From positions 41,522-105,521 of the IMG/VR virus record IMGVR_UViG_2923682817_000001: 64,000 nt of DNA; one strand, written 5' to 3'. The notes below the pieces were generated by a model, which saw nothing but the letters and a program-made list of their open reading frames with translations, was not told the origin of the DNA and did no database searches. The stretch's first letter is position 1. Every line of letters starts with the position of its first letter. This DNA comes from a virus (taxonomy: Duplodnaviria > Caudoviricetes). Made by a program: the position numbers and the translations under genes. Of the stretch, positions 1 to 9,372 are shown in pieces.

Positions 1-554
1 CGCATGTTGACGACCAGGGCGCCGCGCGGCATACCGTGGGCGGCTGCAACGTCCTCGGCCGCCGCGGAGATGCTGTATCGCTGCGGGAGGTGGGGCATCC
101 CGGGGCGGCTACGCGCGGCCCAGGTCCCGCCGGTAACGGTGTTGTTGCTCCACAGCGTGCCGCCGGTCTGGTGGATCACGGCGTGAAAGCCGTTCGGACC
201 GTGCACCGCGGCGCGGCGTCCCTGGTATCGCTTGGTCATGGTGACAGTGAGCGTGATCATGGTGGCCGGTTCTTGGACCGGTGCCCACTGGACATGGTGG
301 TGGTACATCTCGCTTGTCACCTGCGCGCCGTTCTCATACCGGGCGCCCAGGACGTAGCGGCCGGTGTTCTCGCCCCCATACATCCGGTCACGCTCGGCCT
401 GGCGGACGCGGGTCTCAGCAACGCCCATGGCGGCCAGTGCTTCGAGCAACTCGGCGCGGTCGGCCACGTGGGTCACGTTCCAGACGGGCGCGGGCGCGAG
501 CTTGCTCGTGGTGCTGTAGTAGATGTGGACATCGGCGGTGCGGAGCTCGATCAT
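1..554 (-). CDS. Hypothetical protein, runs off the left end of the window (MIELRTADVHIYYSTTSK...)
   Basis: Manual translation is open from ATG 554 to base 1; preceded by the repeated CACCGAAGGGAA leader; not in the ORF track. Confidence 0.75.
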   Translation of the reverse strand, partial: MIELRTADVHIYYSTTSKLAPAPVWNVTHVADRAELLEALAAMGVAETRVRQAERDRMYGGENTGRYVLGARYENGAQVTSEMYHHHVQWAPVQEPATMITLTVTMTKRYQGRRAAVHGPNGFHAVIHQTGGTLWSNNTVTGGTWAARSRPGMPHLPQRYSISAAAEDVAAAHGMPRGALVVNM

Positions 555-632
555 GGCTGATTTCCCTTCGGTGCTGTGTGGTGGTGGGGAGCGGCGCCCG
601 GCGCCGTGGTGGTGACGCCGGGCGGCCGGTGG
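555..632 (-). promoter_or_regulatory. Type-B leader (CAC..CACCGAAGGGAA + RBS) with upstream GC hairpin
   Basis: tttcccttcggtgctgtgtg also at 1147; cgcccggcg..cgccgggcg stem. Confidence 0.7.
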
Positions 633-1139
633 CTAGATCAGGCTGGCGGGCTGAGCGCTCATGCTCACCAACAGGCCGTGAGTCGACCCGTTGTAGATCT
701 TGCGGATTTCGCTCTGCGCGCTGATCTCACATCGGCCGCACGCCAGCACGTAAAACATGACCTCGGCCCGCATGTCGTAAGCCGCGTACCAGTCGGTGAG
801 GGTGACCATTCGGACCGTGATTCGCGGGGCGAAACACAACCACGCTTCCAGGCTGGCGGCGTCGACGTCACGACGGCTCATGTTGTAGACACGGGCGGCG
901 AGGATCTTTGCAGCCTCAGTGATCACAGAGGGCGCGCAGGTCTCGCCGTTTTCGTCGGTGGCCAGCACCGGCACGACGAACCCGGGGAGACGGCCCGCGG
1001 CGGTGGGCGCGTGGGCAGCCTCGCCGGGGTAGACGCCGGTCACGGCAACGGCGGCGTAAGACGGGCGGGTCTCGCGGTAGTAGCTGTGCATGGTGCGGAC
1101 TGCCAGGGAGAGAACGTCGGGGGCGGTCGTGATGTCCAT
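633..1139 (-). CDS. Hypothetical protein (168 aa)
   Basis: ORF with type-B leader and GC3-rich codons. Confidence 0.75.
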   Translation of the reverse strand: MDITTAPDVLSLAVRTMHSYYRETRPSYAAVAVTGVYPGEAAHAPTAAGRLPGFVVPVLATDENGETCAPSVITEAAKILAARVYNMSRRDVDAASLEAWLCFAPRITVRMVTLTDWYAAYDMRAEVMFYVLACGRCEISAQSEIRKIYNGSTHGLLVSMSAQPASLI

Positions 1140-1217
1140 GGGGCGGTTTCCCTTCGGTGCTGTGTGATGGGGGGTGGCGCCCCGGGCGCGGTGGTGGTCA
1201 CGCCCGGGGCGAGAAGG

Positions 1218-2411
1218 TCAGGCGTCGGCGAAGCTGAAGGAAACGGCGTCGGCCGGGAGGCTCCAGTACTCGGCGAGCATCTCGGCGGCGTGCTCGGGCC
1301 GGGCCAGGCAAGAGAACCCCTGAGCGTCCGGGCGCAGCTGGCCGTCTTGCTTGAGCAGCTTGCGGCCCGAACCAAGCTGAGCGATGGCGGACCATCCCGC
1401 GGTCTCCCGCCACACAACGCCCGTGCTCATGGGACCGATCACGCGGAACAGGCGGCCGTTGCCCTCCTCGTGCAGGAACAGGAGGGTCTTAGGCCCGCCG
1501 TCGCTGATGGTGTGGCGCTGGCGCTTGATGTCAGAGAGCAGGGACGCGGCGGCGTCAATGGCGTACTGCTCTACGGTGAACCAACGGACCGGGGCGGGGG
1601 TGTCGTAGGTGGTGGGAGCGCCGGGGACGCGGCCGTGAACGATGCCGTACCACGTGCAACGGTGGTCGGAGTACGTGATCACCCAGATACGCCCGGCGCG
1701 CGGGTGCTTGTCGGTGGGGTCAGCCGGGACCACGGTCTCGCCCGTAATCGTCGCGGCCACGTTGCCGCCGGTGAACCCGGGCGCCTTCGTGTGGATCGTC
1801 TCGCCCACGGTGGGGTAAGGGCGCTCTTCCTCGGTGGCCGGGGTCAGGTAGGCCTCAAACCAGGTCAAGATGTCGTCGGCGGCGTCGTCGACCGGCGCCG
1901 ATTCCTGCGCGGCCTTAACCCGGGCGACGGTGGCAGCCAGAACCGGGACCATCTCGGCGAGCTCGGCGAGGCGGTCGACCGGGGCGGGGGTCTCCTCCCC
2001 CTCCCCCTGCTCAATCTCGGCCGGGGTAGTCGCCGGCGACTCCTCAAGGGCGGCTACCTTGCACTCTCGGCAATTGGTGCTAGTCATGGCCCTACGCTCC
2101 ACCGTGCCGTCTTTCGAGCCCTCGGTGGTGATCCACGCCGTGATCATGTGGCCGCACTGGTGGGTGATCACGCAGACGTGAAGATCATTGGCGGCGATGG
2201 TCTCGGCGTTGTCGGCGACAAGCTGCGTGTGCTCCCTGGAACCCAGGTGGCCGACCACGTACATGGGCTCCATGAAAGACCGCTTCTTTCCCTGCCCGTC
2301 TTCGTAGTGGCGACGCACAGAGTGGGTCTTGGTGCTGATCTCGGAGCGCTTGATGCCGAACTGGGCGAGCGTGTCCTTGATGCGCTTGGCGTTGGGGCTG
2401 AGGTAACCCAT
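1218..2411 (-). CDS. Hypothetical protein (start corrected to MGYLSPN)
   Basis: ATG 2411 follows the conserved leader CCACCAAGAACAACCGCAAGGGAGCACGAAA. Confidence 0.8.
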   Translation of the reverse strand: MGYLSPNAKRIKDTLAQFGIKRSEISTKTHSVRRHYEDGQGKKRSFMEPMYVVGHLGSREHTQLVADNAETIAANDLHVCVITHQCGHMITAWITTEGSKDGTVERRAMTSTNCRECKVAALEESPATTPAEIEQGEGEETPAPVDRLAELAEMVPVLAATVARVKAAQESAPVDDAADDILTWFEAYLTPATEEERPYPTVGETIHTKAPGFTGGNVAATITGETVVPADPTDKHPRAGRIWVITYSDHRCTWYGIVHGRVPGAPTTYDTPAPVRWFTVEQYAIDAAASLLSDIKRQRHTISDGGPKTLLFLHEEGNGRLFRVIGPMSTGVVWRETAGWSAIAQLGSGRKLLKQDGQLRPDAQGFSCLARPEHAAEMLAEYWSLPADAVSFSFADA

Positions 2412-2491
2412 TTTCGTGCTCCCTTGCGGTTGTTCTTGGTGGACTACTTGGAGCCTAGCACGCATGAGGAATGTACAGCAACATATTCCTC
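2412..2491 (-). promoter_or_regulatory. Cassette promoter 1: dyad GAGGAAT-N12-ATTCCTC, TTGCTG-N18-TAGGCT, type-A leader
   Basis: Read directly; dyad arms at 2466-2472 and 2485-2491. Confidence 0.85.
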
Positions 2492-2506
2492 AAATTGGCC
2501 TCTGGG

Positions 2507-2550
2507 CAGCAGAAAACCCCCGCACCATGCGCGGTACGGGGGTTTGCTGG
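2507..2550 (-). terminator. Hairpin (aaaacccccg..cgggggttt) just upstream of cassette promoter 1
   Basis: Inverted repeat; counterparts at 4091, 5786 and 7725. Confidence 0.7.
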
Positions 2551-2594
2551 CGGCCCTGTAAGGGCCTCAGAGGGCGCTGTCGGCCAGCAGGGGG

Positions 2595-3995
2595 TCAGAC
2601 ATGCGCGGGGGCGGTACCGGTGGGGCTGAGACGCCACACCGACGCCTGGAAGGGCTCCGCGTACTCGTAAAACGCCTCGACCATCGCCGTCTGCGTGACC
2701 GGGTCGACGGACAGGACACGGCGCGCAAAGCGGCTGCCCTCAAGAGTGAACGTCTGAGCAGAGGGGACGTTGGGACCGGTCACCTTGACGGGCGCCGATT
2801 CCCGCTCGGTCACCTTGTCACCCCACGGGAAGACTTCGGCCTGAACATCGCTCATGGCGTGGGCGGCAGACTTCCAATCGGCGTGGTAGCTGCGCACGTC
2901 GCGAGTGACGTACGTTTCTCCGGCGGGGTCGACCGGCACCGACGGCCAGAAGACCGCCACAACGAACGGCGTGACGCCGTGCGAGGGGTCGTAAGTGGAT
3001 CGCTCGACCACGGCCACGACGCCATCACGGGCGCGTCCCTTGCCCCAGGACACGGCCTTTACGGTGCCCGTGATCGTGTTGAAGGGCGCGTACACGAGTA
3101 CGCGCGTGTTGGGCACGGGAACCCCGAGCGTCTCCGGCCCCCTGGTCGTCTTCACGACTTCGCGCGACAGGTCGAAGGCTGAGACCGTCGTCAGCATCTT
3201 GCCCTCCAGGGTGGACACGTTGACCTCGGCATAGACGCCGTGCACATACATCACGCGAACACGCTTGGTTTCGCCGTTTTCGTCGGTGAGGGTGAACCGT
3301 TCGGCGGCGAACAGCTCGGGGGCCAGCTGCCACGCGGACACCGTCTCGGCCCGGCCAGCACCAAATACGGTGATGCTGCCGTCAGGGTAGGCACACAGCG
3401 CGCGAACGGTCTCGGTCTGGCCGTTCTCGGCGGTCAGGGTGAAGCTGTCGGCGGATTCAGTGAGCCAGTTGTGGCGCGCGTCATCCTCGGGGCGCTCATC
3501 CTCAGTCGTGCGCTCAGTCTCGGCCTGCTCAGCCAGGTACTCGGCCGACGGCACCCGCACGTAAGGCTCAGGGCTCAGAGCGTCGGCGGAAACCGTGGTC
3601 TCCAGGCCGTCACAGTAGATGTCGGCGAGCGTGGCCGGGGCTCCGAGTTCGTCCAGCACAACCCGGACACTCCACACGTCGGCGCTGTCGGTGGTGCCCT
3701 CGTCGTTGGTGTAGGTGATGCCATCCATTCCCGCGGCGACGGTGGCCGGGGCGGTTACGGCAATCACAGTAGCGGCCTTGTCGTTGAGCTCGATCGTGTA
3801 CGCCTTACCCTCCACATGCTCAATCAGACGCGCGGCCTTGATCTGCTTGAGCATCTCCCAAACCGGTTCCTGCCAAGTAACGGGCTGGCCGAGACGGCGG
3901 CCGTTCTCGTCGCAGCCAGACACGAAGCCCGTCACGACGGTGCAAGCGGCCTTGATCTCGTCGACCCTCTTGGAGTTGCGGGCGATGGTTCGCAT
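2595..3995 (-). CDS. Hypothetical protein (start MRTIARN) with internally repeated FTLT-(D/A)ENG-T modules
   Basis: ATG 3995 follows a type-A leader. Confidence 0.8.
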   Translation of the reverse strand: MRTIARNSKRVDEIKAACTVVTGFVSGCDENGRRLGQPVTWQEPVWEMLKQIKAARLIEHVEGKAYTIELNDKAATVIAVTAPATVAAGMDGITYTNDEGTTDSADVWSVRVVLDELGAPATLADIYCDGLETTVSADALSPEPYVRVPSAEYLAEQAETERTTEDERPEDDARHNWLTESADSFTLTAENGQTETVRALCAYPDGSITVFGAGRAETVSAWQLAPELFAAERFTLTDENGETKRVRVMYVHGVYAEVNVSTLEGKMLTTVSAFDLSREVVKTTRGPETLGVPVPNTRVLVYAPFNTITGTVKAVSWGKGRARDGVVAVVERSTYDPSHGVTPFVVAVFWPSVPVDPAGETYVTRDVRSYHADWKSAAHAMSDVQAEVFPWGDKVTERESAPVKVTGPNVPSAQTFTLEGSRFARRVLSVDPVTQTAMVEAFYEYAEPFQASVWRLSPTGTAPAHV

Positions 3996-4075
3996 TTTCG
4001 TGCTCCCTTGCGGTTGTTCTTGGTGGACTACGTGGAGCCTAACACGTCTAAGGAATCTACGTAAACACATTCCTC
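3996..4075 (-). promoter_or_regulatory. Cassette promoter 2 (dyad 4050-4075; TTTACG-N18-TAGGCT; type-A leader)
   Basis: Near-identical to 2412-2491. Confidence 0.85.
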
Positions 4076-4142
4076 AGATAGGGCTGTGAGCAGCAGCGAA
4101 CCCCCACCCCATGCGCGTTGCAGGGGTTCGCTGGCAGGGCGG

Positions 4143-5693
4143 TCAGGAAGTGGTCAGCGTGCGGCGCTCGGCCTCGGCCCAGAGCGCAGAGTCGTCGGGC
4201 GCAGCCTCCAAGCGCTCCCAGAGCTCCGCGTCAGGCAGGCTGGCCAACGTCGCGGCGATCATCTCGGCCAGCTCGGCCGCCCAACGCACGTCGATCTCTG
4301 CGCGGACCTGCGCGAGGCGGGCGGCGACCGACGGGGCGAACCGGTCGCCCTCGCAATCCAAGACCCCCGACTCTTCCTCAAGGGCTTCAGTGGTCATGGA
4401 GGCGACGTCGGGCCGCGGGGCGATGGCCACCAGTACGGCCGGGCGCGGCGCGCGTCGCTGGGCGGGCACCGGCGGGGCGGCGGGCGCTTCGACGGCGGGC
4501 GCCTCGGGCGCGGCCTGGTCGACGTCGGCGGGCGCGGTCTCGGGCTCGGACTCGACGGCCGGGGCGGTCTCGGCGGGCGCCTCGGGCGCGGCCTGGTCGA
4601 CGTCGGCGGCCGGGAGCATCGCGGCCTTGGTCGGGCGCTTGAAGTACCCAAAACACGGATCGTCTTCGGAGACTTCCACGGCCGCCGTGAACTCCAGCCG
4701 GTCGCCCTTGTCGACACTGAGGGCGGACGGGCACGTTCCCCAGACCATAAAGCCGCGGTCGTCCTTGACGGTGATCTTCACCGAACCGCCGCGCCCGTAC
4801 CCATAGTTATTGTCTCGCCATTCGGCCTTGAGAACCGTTCCCGCGATCTTGATGCGCTTGTCAGTCACCGGGACCGGGGAGGCCTCGGACTGCTCACGGG
4901 CGCGCTTGGCCGCGCGCTCGTCGGCCTGGTCGACGATCTTCGCCAGGGTGGCCGACTGCTTAGGGGTCAGGTAGCCGTACCGGTTGAAGGCGCGCACCAT
5001 GTCGTCAGTGAAGCGGCCCGCCCAGTCAGACAGCACGCGGTAAAGGCGGTGCTGTCGCTGGCTCCCCCGCGCGGGGAGGCCGTTTTCCCGCACGTAGTCC
5101 AAGCGGTAGTAGCCCGTGCACGTGGAGACGGGGATCTGTCGCGGGTCAACGTCGGCGTTGTGGTTGGCCGCGGCGAATTCGGCGTCTTCCAGCGCTTCGG
5201 CGTTGCGCTCCGCGTGCTCCTCCTCGGTCTTGCACAGAGAGCACATGCGGTCGAATTCCTGCCACTCGTCCAGGAAGGCCAGCAGGCGCGCGTTCTCCTC
5301 CCCCTGGGCCAGGAACGCGGCCCGCTTCTCGGCCCGCTCGGCCTCTATGCGCAGCTGCTCGCGGCGGTTGGTCGACTGGACCTGAAGGAAACGGATCTTC
5401 CCGGCGGCCTCGGCCGCGATCTCCATTTTCTCGGCGCAGTCCTGGCCGATGGTGATCCACTTGCCGGTAGGGGCGTAGAGGAAAACCGCGATGTAGCGCA
5501 TACGCGAGCCGCAGATGTCGCACTTCGTGGCCGCGCGGCTGGTCTCGGCGTTGGGCCGGTAGGTCTCACGCTCCCACTTGATGAACTCGTGGGAGTAGTC
5601 CTTACGCTCTTCGTCCCAGCAGTCCACCGCGTCCATGAAGTGGTAGGCGGTGGCGTCGATGACGCTCGGTCGGTGGTCGTCGGTGCGGATCAT
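4143..5693 (-). CDS. Hypothetical protein with CxxC motifs, a probable OB-fold domain and a Pro/Ala repeat linker
   Basis: CDICGS..CAEK; RIKIAGTVLK..KITVKDDRGFMVWGT..LEFTAAV resembles an OB fold. Confidence 0.7.
   Translation of the reverse strand: MIRTDDHRPSVIDATAYHFMDAVDCWDEERKDYSHEFIKWERETYRPNAETSRAATKCDICGSRMRYIAVFLYAPTGKWITIGQDCAEKMEIAAEAAGKIRFLQVQSTNRREQLRIEAERAEKRAAFLAQGEENARLLAFLDEWQEFDRMCSLCKTEEEHAERNAEALEDAEFAAANHNADVDPRQIPVSTCTGYYRLDYVRENGLPARGSQRQHRLYRVLSDWAGRFTDDMVRAFNRYGYLTPKQSATLAKIVDQADERAAKRAREQSEASPVPVTDKRIKIAGTVLKAEWRDNNYGYGRGGSVKITVKDDRGFMVWGTCPSALSVDKGDRLEFTAAVEVSEDDPCFGYFKRPTKAAMLPAADVDQAAPEAPAETAPAVESEPETAPADVDQAAPEAPAVEAPAAPPVPAQRRAPRPAVLVAIAPRPDVASMTTEALEEESGVLDCEGDRFAPSVAARLAQVRAEIDVRWAAELAEMIAATLASLPDAELWERLEAAPDDSALWAEAERRTLTTS
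4493..4609. repeat. 39-bp direct repeat (4493-4531 / 4571-4609) encoding ADVDQAAPEAPA twice
   Basis: cggcgggcgcctcgggcgcggcctggtcgacgtcggcgg occurs twice, 78 bp apart. Confidence 0.9.
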
Positions 5694-5771
5694 TTGGGGC
5701 TCCTTGCGGTCGTTCTTGGTGGATTACGTGGAGCCTAGCACAGATGAGGAATATACGTAAACATATTCCTC
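5694..5771 (-). promoter_or_regulatory. Cassette promoter 3 (dyad 5746-5771; TTTACG-N18-TAGGCT)
   Basis: Same architecture as promoters 1 and 2. Confidence 0.85.
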
Positions 5772-5846
5772 AACATGAGCCTGAACAGCAGAAACCCCCA
5801 ACACCACATGAGGCGTTGGGGGTTTCTGTGTGGGGCTGTGGGGGCC

Positions 5847-6275
5847 TCAGTCCTCACCGGGCTGCATGAGGGTGAGAACGGGTTCCCCCTTGTCCCCGGG
5901 GCCGAGGTGGACCACCAGGGAGACGCGGCGGGCCATCCTCCCGCGGCCACCGCGCGGCACCCGGTAGAGCTCCACCGGGGCCTTGCCACCACGACGACGG
6001 ACGGCGTTGATGGCAAGGCGGGTCATCCAGACCACGTCCCACAGGCGCCCGGCCTGGTCCTGTACGGTCCCCTTGCGGTTGTTGTCGGCGTCGGTCCACT
6101 CCACGCAGTCGGCCCACACGGCCGCCGTCATGGCCAGCGGGATCACAATCCCGGCGTTCTCCAACAGGTCGGCCGGGACTTCTCGGAGCAACTCATCTGC
6201 GATCAGGTCCGCCCGGGTGATTACGTCGATGTCATCGCCGAAAAGCTCGTTCATCTCGTCTTTGGTCATGCTCAT
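5847..6275 (-). CDS. DUF6573-like protein (start MSMTKDE)
   Basis: TRADLIADELL..P..AG..P.AMT.AVW.DCV.W..QD..GRLWDV.WM..L.PGD pattern; type-B leader. Confidence 0.65.
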   Translation of the reverse strand: MSMTKDEMNELFGDDIDVITRADLIADELLREVPADLLENAGIVIPLAMTAAVWADCVEWTDADNNRKGTVQDQAGRLWDVVWMTRLAINAVRRRGGKAPVELYRVPRGGRGRMARRVSLVVHLGPGDKGEPVLTLMQPGED

Positions 6276-6355
6276 GATCCGATTTCCCTTCGGTGGTGTG
6301 TGGTGGTGGTGGTCCGATCCGCCCCCGGACATCGCGCCCGGGGGCGGATCCGATG

Positions 6356-7630
6356 TCATGCGGCCAGCGCGGCGGCGTCCTGGTCGGTGGGGCTCTTGGC
6401 GTCGAATCCGAGGGCCGACAGGATCTCGTTAGAGACCTGAAGGACGCGGGCGGCGCTGTCCTTCACGGCCTTGACGTCCTTCCCCCAGCCGGCCACGTAG
6501 GGGACCGCGTACTGAGCCGATTCGATGCCCGCGACAGTGGCGACCACGAACGACACCGACTCGGCCTCAACCTCCTGGGCCTCCCGGCTCATGCCTCGCG
6601 TGTTGTGCTCGCACATGATGTGCGCCAGCTCATGCGTGAGGGACGTCACGGCCTGCGCGTCGACCTGGTGGCCCTTGACCACAACGCGCCGTTCGGCGAA
6701 GTTCACGAAAGCCTCAGCGCTCCCGGCGTCGCCACGCTCCAAGGTGTACCCGCGGGCCTCAACCTGCGCGGCCAGCGCATCCCACAGCCACGCCGGAGCA
6801 TCGCCGGTCAGATCCTGGGGAATCGGCGCGGCGGCCGTCGGCACTGGCTCCCCCTCGGTCTGGGAGATGTCGAACACCGGGACCAGGAAGAACCGCGTGG
6901 AGTCGAACCCGGAGATAAGGGTGATCTCGGTTTCCTGACCGGTCGCGGCGTCGGTCTCCGTAACGGTCATGGTGTCGGCCTTCTTGGTGCGGGGCGCCCA
7001 GACCTTGAGAGACTTGCTTCCCTTGATCACCGTTCGTCCAAGCTTGTTCCACTCCGAAAGCGGGCGGACGTCGGTTGCTTCGGGCATCTGGGTCCGCAGA
7101 AAAAGCGTGTTGTTCAGGCTGTACTTACGCAGGGACGCCCGGAATCGGAGCATCTCGGCCCAACCCTCCGCGGTGGTCAGGGTCTCTACCGCGGCCGTCA
7201 GTGCCTCGTGGGCTTCCTGCATGCGCTTGGCGCGCTCCTCCGGGGTGAGACTGAACCGACCGGACTTCTTCTTGCCGGTCTTCTTCTTGCCGTTCTTCGC
7301 GGTGGTGGACTTCTTGGCCGGTGCGGCGGCGGCCTTGACGGGCTCGGGCTTGGGCTCAGGCTTGACCGGCTCGGGCTGCTGGCCGTCGATCTCAGCGAGG
7401 GCCGCCCGCCCAAGGTCGGTGATCACATAGGCCCAGTTGCTGCGGTCGGTCGGGGTGTTCTTCTCGACCAGACCGCGCCGCTTGAGAGCCTGCACCGAGT
7501 TGGCGTTAACGCCAGCCCTGCGCATGTCGTCCAGGAAGGCGGCCACGCTGCCGCCGGCGACTGCGAGATTCCGGAGGCTGGTGATCATCAGGGCGGAGAG
7601 GCCGCGGACGTTGTCGAGAGTGTTCGCCAT
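6356..7630 (-). CDS. ArdC-like anti-restriction protein (ssDNA-binding domain + zincin metallopeptidase) with an extra N-terminal winged helix
   Basis: YSLNN..Q.P.AT..W..LGR.V.KGSK; VPVFDISQTEG; THELAH..H..EVEAESV. Confidence 0.85.
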   Translation of the reverse strand: MANTLDNVRGLSALMITSLRNLAVAGGSVAAFLDDMRRAGVNANSVQALKRRGLVEKNTPTDRSNWAYVITDLGRAALAEIDGQQPEPVKPEPKPEPVKAAAAPAKKSTTAKNGKKKTGKKKSGRFSLTPEERAKRMQEAHEALTAAVETLTTAEGWAEMLRFRASLRKYSLNNTLFLRTQMPEATDVRPLSEWNKLGRTVIKGSKSLKVWAPRTKKADTMTVTETDAATGQETEITLISGFDSTRFFLVPVFDISQTEGEPVPTAAAPIPQDLTGDAPAWLWDALAAQVEARGYTLERGDAGSAEAFVNFAERRVVVKGHQVDAQAVTSLTHELAHIMCEHNTRGMSREAQEVEAESVSFVVATVAGIESAQYAVPYVAGWGKDVKAVKDSAARVLQVSNEILSALGFDAKSPTDQDAAALAA

Positions 7631-7709
7631 TTTCGTGCTCCCTTGTGGTTGTTCTTGGTGGATGTGAAGACCGTAGCACGTCCAAGGAATCTAGTGCAAC
7701 ACATTCCTT
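7631..7709 (-). promoter_or_regulatory. Cassette promoter 4 (dyad 7684-7709; TTGCAC-N18-TACGGT)
   Basis: Same architecture. Confidence 0.85.
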
Positions 7710-7776
7710 AAAAATGCCTCTGAGCAGCAGAGAGCCCCAACGCCATGCATGGTGTTGGGGCTCTCTGGTGGGGTGA

Positions 7777-8085
7777 TCAGTGGTCGCAGGTGACCGTCTT
7801 GCACTTGGCGAGCATCTCGTCAGCCCTGTCGTAACCCACGGTTGGCGACGACTCCCCCAGGCCGAGCAGTGCGGCAAGGCCGACGCGGAAGGCGTGCGCC
7901 TCGCCGTTGTAGAGCACCCACAGCATTGCGTCGCCGCCCTGGGTGAAATCCGGGTGGTGGTACTTGGCGGCCTGCCGGTACGCGCCACACGCGTTGTAGG
8001 TGAGGCTGCGCGCCGCCTTGGTGATGTGCTCGCGCAGCTGGTCGGCCGGGGAAATGTCCGTGACAGGGGCGTTCTTGATTCGCAT
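7777..8085 (-). CDS. Hypothetical protein (102 aa)
   Basis: ORF with GGAG RBS. Confidence 0.7.
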   Translation of the reverse strand: MRIKNAPVTDISPADQLREHITKAARSLTYNACGAYRQAAKYHHPDFTQGGDAMLWVLYNGEAHAFRVGLAALLGLGESSPTVGYDRADEMLAKCKTVTCDH

Positions 8086-8117
8086 ATGAGGCTCCGAGCG
8101 CTTGGTGTGGGGGGTGA

Positions 8118-8495
8118 TCAGGCGGCGGCCGAAGTGCGGCCGTAGTTGCGGCTGTAGCTCTCGGCCTCGGCCATGCCGTTCTCGAAGTGCTTGGAGCCGT
8201 GCAGCATGCCGTACCAGCCGAGAATGCGGTAAGCGTCCACGACAAGCGGGTTCATCTCGGCCTCCTCCCGCATGCCAAGCTGCTCGTACATACCGAGGAG
8301 GTAAGCGCAGGTCTGGCGGGTGGCGCGGGCGCCGGTGAAAACGACCTGCCAGCTACCCGGGATCAGCCAGCGGCTACCCCGACCGGTGCGCAGGTCGGCC
8401 CCCTGAATGACGTTGCCGATTCCTCCCTCCGTGAGCGCCTCAACCTCCGCGGCGACGGCGTGAACGATCGTTCCCGTAATGATCATGCGGCGCAT
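8118..8495 (-). CDS. Hypothetical protein (125 aa)
   Basis: ORF after a type-A leader variant. Confidence 0.75.
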   Translation of the reverse strand: MRRMIITGTIVHAVAAEVEALTEGGIGNVIQGADLRTGRGSRWLIPGSWQVVFTGARATRQTCAYLLGMYEQLGMREEAEMNPLVVDAYRILGWYGMLHGSKHFENGMAEAESYSRNYGRTSAAA

Positions 8496-8575
8496 GTGGT
8501 GCTCCCTGCGGTGCGTTGTTCTTGGTGGTGTGCACAGCTAACCACAGTTGAGGAATACACCGCAAGTCATTCCTT
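8496..8575 (-). promoter_or_regulatory. Cassette promoter 5, leftward member of a divergent pair (dyad 8550-8575)
   Basis: TTGCGG-N18-TTAGCT inside the dyad frame. Confidence 0.8.
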
Positions 8576-8621
8576 AAAACTCTCTAGATCTCTCACATAA
8601 GGCCAGGTCACAGCCTTTTTT

Positions 8622-8715
8622 GAGGAATGAGTTGCAATACATTCCCCAGCTGTGGTTAGCTGATGCCACGCCGGAAACGGCAGCGCCACGCAGCACCACC
8701 GAAGGGAATCGAATC
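8622..8715 (+). promoter_or_regulatory. Cassette promoter 6, rightward member of the divergent pair (dyad 8622-8647), type-B leader
   Basis: GAGGAATgagTTGCAAtacATTCCCC..TTAGCT..CACCACCGAAGGGAATC. Confidence 0.8.
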
Positions 8716-8970
8716 ATGATCCACTACCACGTCATCAGGCCCGGCGAGTCCGGGGGCGGCAAGCTCGGCGGCCGTACCTTCGAGAAGCTGGACCACGCCC
8801 GCGCCGAATTTCTCCTGCTCGCCCCCCACCACGCACAGGGGATCACCGCGGAGTACTGCCGCCAGGTTTTCGCTAACGGCAACGTGGTTCGGCTGCGCGA
8901 CGGAGACGAACACGGGGGCGCCCCAATCGCCTATTTCGCCGAGTGCAAGCGAGACGGCGTCTCCTGCTGA
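8716..8970 (+). CDS. Hypothetical protein (MIHYHVI...)
   Basis: ATG after type-B leader. Confidence 0.75.
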   Translation: MIHYHVIRPGESGGGKLGGRTFEKLDHARAEFLLLAPHHAQGITAEYCRQVFANGNVVRLRDGDEHGGAPIAYFAECKRDGVSC

Positions 8971-8975
8971 TCTGC

Positions 8976-9072
8976 CTGACGGGTCCTCCGCTCACCGCGC
9001 CGGCGATCCGGCGCGGCCGGGCGGGGCGTCCGCCTGGACGATCCACCACGCACCACTGAAGGGAATCCGATC
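8976..9072 (+). repeat. Intergenic hairpin+leader module, repeated at 10055-10149
   Basis: ctgacgggtcctc..ccggcgatccgg..gtccgcctggacga..caccac(t/c)gaaggg. Confidence 0.85.
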
Positions 9073-9372
9073 GTGAACAAGCCGCTGACGCTTTCCACGC
9101 CCGAACTGCAGGCCGGGGACGTCGTCTTGACATACGGGATGCGCGTACGTCTCTCCCCTGAGCCGCGGATCTACCAGAACAGGGGGACGGTCTACGCCTG
9201 GAACGGCACCGTCGAGAACCTGGACGAAGTCAAGGCGGACGGATTCGTGCCCATGTCGTTCCTGTCCGAAGGGCATTGGGTCGACGGCAAGGGGTGGGTG
9301 TACGAAGTGACCGGCCGCTGGGTCATTCAGGGAAACGACCTTGCTACCTGGGCTGTGATGCGGTCGGCCTAG
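9073..9372 (+). CDS. Hypothetical protein (99 aa)
   Basis: GTG after type-B leader. Confidence 0.75.
   Translation: MNKPLTLSTPELQAGDVVLTYGMRVRLSPEPRIYQNRGTVYAWNGTVENLDEVKADGFVPMSFLSEGHWVDGKGWVYEVTGRWVIQGNDLATWAVMRSA

Noticed and set aside
2412-4070. Shared N-terminal peptide VVHQEQPQGSTK in ORF-track proteins
   Set aside because: Artefact of translating through the conserved leader; true starts are 2411 and 3995
6276-6359. His-tract N-terminal extension (DHHHHTPP) of ORF 5847-6359
   Set aside because: It is the CAC-rich leader repeat, not coding sequence
576-7711. Long plus-strand ORFs (576-2561, 4086-5738, 6293-7711) and similar ones elsewhere (23446-25245, 44557-45936, 50994-52283)
   Set aside because: Antisense shadows of GC3-rich minus-strand genes; no RBS and no recognisable motifs
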